From: a virus
Reading direction: 5' to 3' (one strand)
Length of the DNA: 64,000 nucleotides
Virus record (IMG/VR): IMGVR_UViG_3300027969_003844
Location: 1-64,000 of that record
Position 1 is the first letter of the stretch. The number at the start of each line of letters is the position of its first letter. A program made the position numbers and the translations under genes. The notes beneath the pieces were generated by a model. The model worked only from the letters and a program-made list of their open reading frames with translations, did no database searches and was not told where the DNA came from. This document shows positions 55,765 to 64,000 of this stretch, piece after piece.

Positions 55765-56580
55765 TTATTTGCAAGCGGCTCGTTTTGCGTTGGTCAATGC
55801 ACCAAAATCAACGATCCACTCTTTTCCAACTTGGACCTCTTTGGCGTTTTTAGGAAATTCAAACTGGACCTTTGCATTGGCCATGATTTCTTTGATTGGC
55901 TTACGGAACACGGTCAGATCATTTCCCAAGTTTGGATATGGTACTGTGTGTGGGAATGCCCAACCTGCTACTTCGCCGGTAGTTTTGTTGATCACAATCT
56001 TATAATACCCGTGCGGCACAATTACTCCATTTCCAATTTGTTTGTCATTGTTATCATAGTAGGCACCAACATAAATGATAAATGTTTGTTTATATTGTAC
56101 CGCCCAACCGCGAACACTGGTTTCTAGTAATTTCCAAATTCCTCGATTTAATGATCCTGCTTGAGGATACATATTGGTCATTAAAAAACTTTCGTATTCA
56201 ACTTGAGTATCCCAGCTTTGGTCGCCATCAGGAGTAGCATGTCCCTTATCATAACCAGTGCCTACATAGTCATCAGGACGAGCACCGTTTTTGATACTTT
56301 GGTCAGCAACAAAAGCATCAGTCCGAGGAACACATCCAATGGCATTCTGTGGCAATAGCTCATAGGTCACATACTGTGGTATCTTGGCTTCTGCATCGTA
56401 ACCTACCAGGTACCCCTGGCGACAAATTGGTACTAATGTTTTTGTTGAATCAGGAAACCCAAATGGTGAATGTGCTTTGCAGGCCTTGAGTGGTAAAGGA
56501 GGACGTTGTGTCCATGCAACAGCTGGTTGTGTAAGTAGTGCCATTAGCAGTACACCAAACACAATAATAAATTTTTTCAT
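55765..56580 (-). CDS. DNA/RNA non-specific endonuclease (NucA-like) with signal peptide
   Basis: YDKGH, TNM.PQ...LNRG.W..LE, VP..YYK. Confidence 0.9.
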   Translation of the reverse strand: MKKFIIVFGVLLMALLTQPAVAWTQRPPLPLKACKAHSPFGFPDSTKTLVPICRQGYLVGYDAEAKIPQYVTYELLPQNAIGCVPRTDAFVADQSIKNGARPDDYVGTGYDKGHATPDGDQSWDTQVEYESFLMTNMYPQAGSLNRGIWKLLETSVRGWAVQYKQTFIIYVGAYYDNNDKQIGNGVIVPHGYYKIVINKTTGEVAGWAFPHTVPYPNLGNDLTVFRKPIKEIMANAKVQFEFPKNAKEVQVGKEWIVDFGALTNAKRAACK

Positions 56581-56606
56581 AAAGGTTCCTTAAAAACAGT
56601 AGTTAT

Positions 56607-58067
56607 CTAAAATATTGAAATCTGATGCAGGTCTTGAAATTTTCTAGCATTTGCCCAGGTGTTGACCAAGGGCTCGCCCTTGATATTTAAACTGGTATTC
56701 ATTAATACTGGACACCCACTTGCATCATACCATCTCTCTAGCAATTGTCTGAATACAGGGTTATCAAGACCATTGACTGTCTGAACACGGCTACTGTTAT
56801 CAACATGGCACACTCCCGGTAATATATCTGGTACCTTGCATTGAGCAACAAACTGCATGTAAGGACTAGATACAATTGGCATATCAAAATAATCAGCGGC
56901 ATGTTCTTCTAAGATAGCAGGCGCAAACGGTCTAAATTGTTCGCGCTTTTTAATAGTATTCATTCTTGGCTTGGCTTCTTTGCCTCTAGGATCACATAAT
57001 AAACTACGATTGCCTAGTGCCCGTGGCCCAAACTCTGCACGACCATTTGCCACTGCCACCACTTCGCCTGCTAGAAGCTTTTTAACAATACCATCAATGT
57101 CTAATTCTCTATCAATGTTTGTACCCAGATATGGATGTTCCCATTTTAAATGTTGACCAGTATAAGCAGCCACGGCGCCAATTGCACTGCCAGCATCTCC
57201 GGGATTTGGCATTATCCATACATTATTGAATACCTTAGATTTTGCAATCCTACTGTTGGCAACACAATTAAGTGCAACACCGCCCATGAATACTAAATTT
57301 TCACTTGTGGTGTTCATACGCATGTTAATAACAGTTTCCATCAGGTAGTCTTCAACAATGCTTTGTACACATGCGGCAATGGTGAACTTATCAGCAGTCA
57401 CAGGAGGCTTCCACCACAAACAGCCCCTGTGCAAATTGTGTCTTAACTTAAACTTGGGTGCTGAAAATTCAATGAAGAATTCTTTTAATATTTCAGATTT
57501 TAGCAATTGATCAACATGTCCGTATGCTGCCATGCCCATAAGAATATATTCTTCCTCATTGGGTTTGAGTCCCAGGTACTGAGTAAATGCAGAATAAAAT
57601 AGGCCAATGCTGTCAGGATAACGCTTGCGCCATTTAGATTTTATCTTGTGGCCATGTCCTTCCCAAATGCTAACACTATCCCATTCTCCAATTGCATCAA
57701 CAACTAAGATCGCGGCGTTATCAAAGCCACTGGTATAATATCCTGCGGCTGCATGACTTTTATGGTGTTTACCATAATGCAAAGGTATGTTGTTAAGGCC
57801 AACACGTTTTAATTCTTCTTTGGCACTTTCGTAATACGGACGCTGACCAGCATAAAGATTACGTGTACTTTTTAGTAATGGGCTTTCGAACCAGACAATG
57901 TCAGTGGGAGTACCATAATCAAACATTTCCTGTACCATGTCATAATTTAAAACACGGTCATTTTTATTTCTGCTGTACCGCTCTGCATGTCCAGCCCATA
58001 CTATACGATTTCCGTTGATAAGAGCTAAACTGGCATCGTGATTTAATCCTGTTGCTCCTAGAATCAT
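56607..58067 (-). CDS. carbamoyltransferase (NodU/CmcH family)
   Basis: HDAS, ERYSR.K, HH.SHAA, DAIGE, GGVALNC, EFGPRALG.RS, RE.FRPFAP, NTSLN. Confidence 0.92.
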   Translation of the reverse strand: MILGATGLNHDASLALINGNRIVWAGHAERYSRNKNDRVLNYDMVQEMFDYGTPTDIVWFESPLLKSTRNLYAGQRPYYESAKEELKRVGLNNIPLHYGKHHKSHAAAGYYTSGFDNAAILVVDAIGEWDSVSIWEGHGHKIKSKWRKRYPDSIGLFYSAFTQYLGLKPNEEEYILMGMAAYGHVDQLLKSEILKEFFIEFSAPKFKLRHNLHRGCLWWKPPVTADKFTIAACVQSIVEDYLMETVINMRMNTTSENLVFMGGVALNCVANSRIAKSKVFNNVWIMPNPGDAGSAIGAVAAYTGQHLKWEHPYLGTNIDRELDIDGIVKKLLAGEVVAVANGRAEFGPRALGNRSLLCDPRGKEAKPRMNTIKKREQFRPFAPAILEEHAADYFDMPIVSSPYMQFVAQCKVPDILPGVCHVDNSSRVQTVNGLDNPVFRQLLERWYDASGCPVLMNTSLNIKGEPLVNTWANARKFQDLHQISIF

Positions 58068-58068
58068 G

Positions 58069-60141
58069 TTAAACTCTTTTCCATTTGCTTATTGAAATGT
58101 CTGCTCCGCAATGGCATCGTAGGCTATTGCAAATAACAGGATTAGATAATGTATTCCAATTAAGCTGGTCAAAATCCTTGACTGTTCCAATTACACCACC
58201 CACATCACAATTGCCTCGTTTGATATGACCATTTTGATGAATGAACAGACTCTCTACACCAATGTTACAATTAAAATCGTAAAAGTTTGTTTGTCCTCTG
58301 TTAATTAATTCTTGTTCATTGTCAATGATTGCACGACTGCCATCACTGAATGTAGCAGTTGGGCTCCATGGTGGGAATGGACGATATATTGGATTAGTAA
58401 CAGAAATATTGTCAGGCGATGACCGTGTTTCGACTTGCTTAAAATTCTTGAAGAATTGATTTTGTTCTTCAGAATAATTAATTTTGGCCAACTTGGTTCT
58501 AGAACTACCGTATTGATCGTCGATATAAACTAGTTCAATTCTAGCAGTTGTAGTTTTCTTTGCTTGGTCGATAAACTCTAATGTTTCTTCCCAGTACAGT
58601 GGATCCATCATTATACGCAATGACACCATGGTTTGCATTGTGGCAATACGTATGCGATCTAAATAATCTTTGGCTGTGCCATTGGCAAATTCTTGTGCAG
58701 GATGAAAACTACATGCCGCATAGGTCAGATACTTAAAATTTTCTTTAATGAATCGAGGTGTTCTTGCCAGGTTAGTGGTAATGCCAACATTGCCACCCAA
58801 GCTATGTATCTTTTGAACCATTTGAGGGAAGAACGGGCTCATTGTTGGTTCCCCACCACTGAGTGAAAAATTAATGTACTTTCCATCCCAGTGCTCAAAC
58901 ATCTTATCCAAGAAAGGTTCAATTTGTTCCCAATTAAACAAATGATTCTTTCCATTATGCAAAGACGATGGACAATATCTACAAGAATAATTACAGATAT
59001 CGTTAAGAATCCAAGTTACTATCACACGCTGTTCATTTTTAACTCCAACAATTTTTTTCCCTTGTACTGGGATTGGAAACTTCCATTGTGGGATTCTTGC
59101 TCTGGGATTTTCAATGCTTGAGTACATTTGAATATCGTCAACAATTTCAACATCCTGAATACTTCTAAATTTATTTAAATTAATGGTAATGCCAGTCACT
59201 GGAGAATAGATTTTTTCAAGCTGAACATCAACCAATCGTCCAATGCCCATAAAACCATCTCTATTATCTGGGTTGCGCCACTGGTAATCTAAATGCTTGT
59301 CCTCATCAAGTTCTTTGAACTTTTTCCAGTCATTGGTCAATGTGTACGGATCATAGGAGTCGTGGATTAGATAGCATAGTATTTCATTAGACCAAGATTC
59401 TTGACGAGTAATAGAATTGTTATCAACTGCCACTCCATCCCCGTCGGCCACAACCCGGCTTAGATTTTTACCTTCTCCGTTGTAGCCCAGTACAAGATCA
59501 CCAAATCTTAAATGCGACATAAAACTGGCGGCATCTTCGTTGGTGATTTCAAAATCACGGCGTGGATTAAAACTAATTAATAAATTTGCTTCAGTTGACG
59601 ATGTTGTTTCAATTGTGGGCTTCTCATCCGACGCAGATGCTGCCAATGTTTCTGCAATGGTAATGGCATCATTTAGTTGATTAAATGTTGTGTGGAAGTC
59701 TTCGTTGAATGTAATACCTGGCCATTGTAATGCTTCTGGACTATCTGCAGGGATTCGTTGATACGCAGTATCCCACCATTTTTTAGATAACTTTTCTGCT
59801 ACTCTTCCTTGATACTCATCAAATTGTTTATACAAATAATCAATAGCAGCCTGGTCGTATTTTTTAAAAATTGTCAATGGCTTGTCATAGAAAAGATTAA
59901 TCTTACGAATGATGTTGGTCAGACGCTCTTCAAATGCCATGTCTTTGGTTAAAAGAGTACGAGTAAATTTAATACGTTTATCCCTGAAACTTTTTTCTCC
60001 AAATTTCATATCTTCCAGTAACTGGCACCATTTAGCAGACAGCTTGGTATTATACAATCTGTAATACAGATCATAACATTCCCAGTTTTCTGGATTTACC
60101 AATGTAATCCTAACATTTTTATTGTCAATAAACTTTCCCAT
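58069..60141 (-). CDS. fusion of an uncharacterised N-domain and a radical SAM domain
   Basis: CNYSCRYC, SGGEPT, C-terminal Cys cluster; GAGG RBS before ATG 60141. Confidence 0.85.
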   Translation of the reverse strand: MGKFIDNKNVRITLVNPENWECYDLYYRLYNTKLSAKWCQLLEDMKFGEKSFRDKRIKFTRTLLTKDMAFEERLTNIIRKINLFYDKPLTIFKKYDQAAIDYLYKQFDEYQGRVAEKLSKKWWDTAYQRIPADSPEALQWPGITFNEDFHTTFNQLNDAITIAETLAASASDEKPTIETTSSTEANLLISFNPRRDFEITNEDAASFMSHLRFGDLVLGYNGEGKNLSRVVADGDGVAVDNNSITRQESWSNEILCYLIHDSYDPYTLTNDWKKFKELDEDKHLDYQWRNPDNRDGFMGIGRLVDVQLEKIYSPVTGITINLNKFRSIQDVEIVDDIQMYSSIENPRARIPQWKFPIPVQGKKIVGVKNEQRVIVTWILNDICNYSCRYCPSSLHNGKNHLFNWEQIEPFLDKMFEHWDGKYINFSLSGGEPTMSPFFPQMVQKIHSLGGNVGITTNLARTPRFIKENFKYLTYAACSFHPAQEFANGTAKDYLDRIRIATMQTMVSLRIMMDPLYWEETLEFIDQAKKTTTARIELVYIDDQYGSSRTKLAKINYSEEQNQFFKNFKQVETRSSPDNISVTNPIYRPFPPWSPTATFSDGSRAIIDNEQELINRGQTNFYDFNCNIGVESLFIHQNGHIKRGNCDVGGVIGTVKDFDQLNWNTLSNPVICNSLRCHCGADISISKWKRV

Positions 60142-60157
60142 TTTAGCCTCTAAAATT

Positions 60158-61390
60158 TTATATATCAAGTAATTTTGTGTAGTCTGTGCCATGCAGGCGA
60201 TCAAGACCCTGTAGGTAATCCAGTGTTTGTGGGTACAAGTGACTCCAGTCTTCCGAATTCATAAATGTAATTAATCCAGCAAGTCTTTGCATTTGTACGT
60301 TCTTGGGATAACTTGCAAAATATGTTTCTAGTTTTTCCGTTACACGTTTTTTCATTTCTATTGGCAATACCTTGACACAAAGATATTGTGGCCAATGCAA
60401 TGTACCTGGATAGAATATGCCACCAATATTACTTTTACGAACCTTGTCAAGATTTAGGTTTAATAACCATTCGGACATTTCTGGCAACCAATTTATATTC
60501 AATGCTTGAACAGTGCATAACACTTTGACAATGATATTGTCTGGAGTGTCATTGTATAATTTTAAATTACGTTCAACCACTTCCCACTTGGCCGGACGAC
60601 GAATGTAATCATTGACCCAATCGTAACCATCAATACTGAGCATTAGTTCTACTTGCTTAAAGCTTTTCCAAAGCTCAACAATTTCTGGATTGTGTATAGT
60701 ACAATTGGTATGGTAACGAAGTGTGATATTTTTAGCTAAATCACGTGCAACCAACTGTTCGATGATTGACTTGTGTTCTTTGATGTACAGTGGTTCGCCA
60801 CCACCAAAAATAATGTGTTGTATAGAGCTTGCATTTTCAAAGAAATCATCCCAAAATACTGGATCTTTATACCACTCAAACTGTTCGGCGGCATAGTTTT
60901 CAATTTTATATTTCCACTCATGTCTTGCGTCAGTTTCTAATGTTTCACTGAGTGTTTTTGCGTCCTTGACCCATTTGCTCGAGTCCTGTGGCCGACACAT
61001 TACACATTGTAGATTACATGTATTACCAAGTCGTAAATCTAGTGTAATCAAATCATGATCAACACGACCATTGCGGCGTGTACTATCAACTAGACCATCT
61101 AGGTACTCTGCATCCAAGTGCTTGTACCAGTATTGATTTTCGTTTTGCCTGTGACTTTTGATACCAGCAGATTCTTCTTTGTAACAAGTGGTACATGCAG
61201 GGAACTCACGTCCATTTAGCATTGCCAGTCTGGCTTCTGCAAAATGACTACTGTTCCAAATCTGTGACCAATTTGATTTATTTAGATTTAAGTTTGAGGC
61301 CTTGGCCACACAACATAACAATGCTGTACCATCATTATAAGTTGCCGCATGTATCCAAGGTAGAATACAAAAAGTTTTAGATTTATCCAT
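60158..61390 (-). CDS. radical SAM protein with N-terminal SPASM/twitch-like domain
   Basis: FCILPW..CC..C..C; CNLQCVMC; GGEP. Confidence 0.88.
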   Translation of the reverse strand: MDKSKTFCILPWIHAATYNDGTALLCCVAKASNLNLNKSNWSQIWNSSHFAEARLAMLNGREFPACTTCYKEESAGIKSHRQNENQYWYKHLDAEYLDGLVDSTRRNGRVDHDLITLDLRLGNTCNLQCVMCRPQDSSKWVKDAKTLSETLETDARHEWKYKIENYAAEQFEWYKDPVFWDDFFENASSIQHIIFGGGEPLYIKEHKSIIEQLVARDLAKNITLRYHTNCTIHNPEIVELWKSFKQVELMLSIDGYDWVNDYIRRPAKWEVVERNLKLYNDTPDNIIVKVLCTVQALNINWLPEMSEWLLNLNLDKVRKSNIGGIFYPGTLHWPQYLCVKVLPIEMKKRVTEKLETYFASYPKNVQMQRLAGLITFMNSEDWSHLYPQTLDYLQGLDRLHGTDYTKLLDI

Positions 61391-62681
61391 TGATCAATTC
61401 TGCTATTCTGCTATCAAGTACTGTGACATCTTGTTCCCTGCTTTTGTCCAGGCTTTTTGTATATGTGCGTAAACGTTGCAATTGTTCTTCCCAGTCATCG
61501 GCTCTTGGTTGTTGTAATAGACCAATTATACCATTAACACTATTACGGGTTAATTCATGTACATTCTTAGGCATCTGATTGTCTCGATAATCCATTAGTA
61601 ATTGACACGCTTTGGCTTTAAGATCGTCAGGTAATATGTTTACATTGAGATGATAAGGATGATAATTTATAAGCAGGTCAACAAAAATATCTTTATTGTG
61701 TTTTTTGTTGAGCTCGTCTACCCATAACAACGTTTCAACTAGATTAAAAACATTATAAACCTGCACCGTTGGAGTCACACCTAATTTGACATTTGATAGC
61801 TCTGCAATCTTCTCTACGTTTGCACTCAACTGACTCCACTTACTTGGCGCACGAATGTAATCATTTACAGCACCAATTCCGTCTAAGCTGGCATTAATAT
61901 TAATTTCATCAAATTGACTGATAATATCAAGAAACTTTTTATTAACGTTGGTACAGTTTGTATTAAAAAATAATAAAATATCTTTGCGACCTTGGTCAAT
62001 ACAAGATTGCATAAATTTAAAATTGTTGCCAATAAGTGTTGGCTCGCCTCCGGTCATATAGACTTTCTTTAATTCTGGAATTAATGCGATAATCTGGTCC
62101 CATAACACATCGCTTTCAAACCATTCCTGTTGATCCATGACTGATATAGGAAACTTTCCAAATGCTTTACGCCAAACTTGTCCGTATGCTGGGTCTGTTT
62201 CTGTAAGCTCTAAGTGTTCCTTGGCAATCTGACTAGAATTCCATGGGTTGCACATTCTACATTTGAGATTGCACAAGTTGCCTAATCGCAAATCCAAATA
62301 CACCAAATCAGAATTAACTACGCCACCGTGTATTTTTGCATAACGAACACGTTTGGCCAATTCTTCTTCGCCTAATCTCCAGGCCCATTCATTGTTTGCA
62401 TGTATTCTATTACTGTCTCGACCCGAATCTTCTTGAAGATAACAGACTTTACAACCTTCAATGTTATCACCATTGATCATTGCAGTACGAATATCACGCA
62501 TGTCTTGTCCGTTCCATGCATGTTCAATAAACTGATCCTGGATAGTAAAGAATTTACCATCCTCTTTTTTAAGTTTGTTGGCCGCGCCTTTCACCATGCA
62601 ACAATACCGTACAGTTGCATCTGTATTGACCATTAGGCTAACAAAAGGAATAGCGCAAAACGTTTTTGAAATTGGTTTCAT
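61383..62681 (-). CDS. radical SAM protein with N-terminal SPASM/twitch-like domain
   Basis: FCAIPF..CC..C..C; CNLKCRMC; GGEPT. Confidence 0.88.
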   Translation of the reverse strand: MKPISKTFCAIPFVSLMVNTDATVRYCCMVKGAANKLKKEDGKFFTIQDQFIEHAWNGQDMRDIRTAMINGDNIEGCKVCYLQEDSGRDSNRIHANNEWAWRLGEEELAKRVRYAKIHGGVVNSDLVYLDLRLGNLCNLKCRMCNPWNSSQIAKEHLELTETDPAYGQVWRKAFGKFPISVMDQQEWFESDVLWDQIIALIPELKKVYMTGGEPTLIGNNFKFMQSCIDQGRKDILLFFNTNCTNVNKKFLDIISQFDEININASLDGIGAVNDYIRAPSKWSQLSANVEKIAELSNVKLGVTPTVQVYNVFNLVETLLWVDELNKKHNKDIFVDLLINYHPYHLNVNILPDDLKAKACQLLMDYRDNQMPKNVHELTRNSVNGIIGLLQQPRADDWEEQLQRLRTYTKSLDKSREQDVTVLDSRIAELING

Positions 62682-62753
62682 TAAACTAAGCTTTAAAGAT
62701 TTGTCTTTTACTTATCGACAAACTTTATTACGAGTTAGCCAGTAAGATGACAA

Positions 62754-64000
62754 TTATGATGTGCGCGAATCTTCAACAGCAATTTGGTCTTGCCATGTAT
62801 AATCAAGATTCTTGGTTACAATTACATTATTATCAAAATCAACAAGTTCAAGCTTGCAAACATCGTCGTACTCAAACAATTCACGCATGAAATTTTCAGG
62901 ATCCGGATCAGACCAATCATCGCGTACAATACGTGCCACTGGAATTTTTCCAATGCTGGTAAACTTACTGTCTGGATCAACGTTTCTTTCGCGTAACCAT
63001 GGGAACATTTTTCTGTTTAAATTGTCAATAAGTTGTGTTTGTAATGCATAACTGTGTTCATGCAAAAACGTAATATTGCATTCGCCACTTAGGTAGCGTA
63101 ACCCACTGATGTTCTCATCATGAATTTCTCCGTCTTTGTCATAATACGCTTCCAATGGAGTTTTGCCAAGTTGGCAATAGTGCAAGAGTACATCGCCAAA
63201 GAATTCATATTGTGTAAAATTATCAAAATCGCTTTCAACAAATTTATAACGCTTGACTGGCATAGCAGGCAAAAATACATGGGCATTCCAATACCCTTGT
63301 CCCAATGAGTTTTGTCTATTGCCTTCTATTTCATGACACAAGTTATTGAGCTGTCGAATTGCAAACATAATAGGTAATGGCGAATTGGTAAAGTATCTTG
63401 AAGGATTCCATACCTGCCCAATTAGTAATTCAAAATGATGATGGATCTCATTGAGAATTTGTTGATCTAGAGTGATAGAATCAAACACCTGTGTAATATT
63501 ATAATATGGACGAGTATCTTCATTGCTGCCATCAAAATACTCATTGATTTTACCAATGTACTTGTTTAACTCGTTACACAGGCCTGGAATGTTTCTGGCA
63601 ATTGAACTATCATCTCTATACGTCCAGTTCTGTAGCATAAAGTACTTTTCAAACTTGGCTTCGTCAACGCTTAGATAATCATTGTGACAACACCTGGCCC
63701 ACTTTTGTGCAATAAAAGAAGTATTAATTTTAAATCGTACTTTCTTTGTTGCGCCGGTATCAACTGCTCTAAAGGTCAACTGAAATTCATTGTATTTTGT
63801 ATTTTCGTATGCACTGCCAATGGCTTCGACAATTGCACCATCTGTGGTAATTTCCGTACTAAACAATCTAGTGCGTCGTACACGGTCAACATGTTCATAA
63901 TCTACCAACCAAAGAAAATTGTTGACATGACATTGAGATTCTAAATCATCAAAGAATTCTTGACTGTCGGCTATAAAGAAAGATTGATATATGCTGTTGC
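62754..64000 (-). CDS. uncharacterised His-motif protein, 5'-truncated by the window edge
   Basis: frame is open from 63908 to the window end; LNEIHHHFE, LNNLCHEIE, LHYCQLGK. Confidence 0.7.
   Translation of the reverse strand, partial: NSIYQSFFIADSQEFFDDLESQCHVNNFLWLVDYEHVDRVRRTRLFSTEITTDGAIVEAIGSAYENTKYNEFQLTFRAVDTGATKKVRFKINTSFIAQKWARCCHNDYLSVDEAKFEKYFMLQNWTYRDDSSIARNIPGLCNELNKYIGKINEYFDGSNEDTRPYYNITQVFDSITLDQQILNEIHHHFELLIGQVWNPSRYFTNSPLPIMFAIRQLNNLCHEIEGNRQNSLGQGYWNAHVFLPAMPVKRYKFVESDFDNFTQYEFFGDVLLHYCQLGKTPLEAYYDKDGEIHDENISGLRYLSGECNITFLHEHSYALQTQLIDNLNRKMFPWLRERNVDPDSKFTSIGKIPVARIVRDDWSDPDPENFMRELFEYDDVCKLELVDFDNNVIVTKNLDYTWQDQIAVEDSRTS

Noticed and set aside
1-64000. Stop-codon reassignment (alternative genetic code)
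   Set aside because: Conserved genes are full length in the standard code, and TAG and TGA end genes at expected positions (e.g. infA, clpS).

Overview
A 64-kb, AT-rich, gene-dense segment, mostly on the minus strand, that looks like part of a large (jumbo-type) tailed phage genome. The host is probably a betaproteobacterium (inferred from a phasin-like gene with a PhaR-like box and an ErpA-like gene). It contains clusters of small early genes behind near-consensus sigma70 promoters that carry an 18-bp palindrome, and late genes behind TAAATA-type promoters. There is a tail-fibre/structural block (13.5-21.6 kb) and an Rz/Rz1-like spanin pair. Host-takeover genes cover proteostasis and translation (ClpA, ClpS, ClpX, DnaJ, GroES, Hsp20, Def, IF-1, bS21, an RlmN-like enzyme). 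Replication and nucleotide genes include a clamp loader, a DnaE fragment, dCMP deaminase, QueD, APRT, MTAN, UvsE and PhoH. A radical-SAM/carbamoyltransferase cluster sits at the right end. The most striking unexplained element is a DIP1984/DUF6847-like helical protein gene (12421-12999). It is followed directly by a ~215-nt highly structured non-coding RNA carrying a 7-nt tandem repeat array, which suggests a protein-RNA system. Other candidate RNAs are a ~95-nt pseudoknotted RNA (5075-5168), a riboswitch-like pseudoknot before queD, and shared ROSE-like leaders on the Hsp20 and phasin-like genes. All family calls come from motif recognition by eye; no database search or folding program was run.
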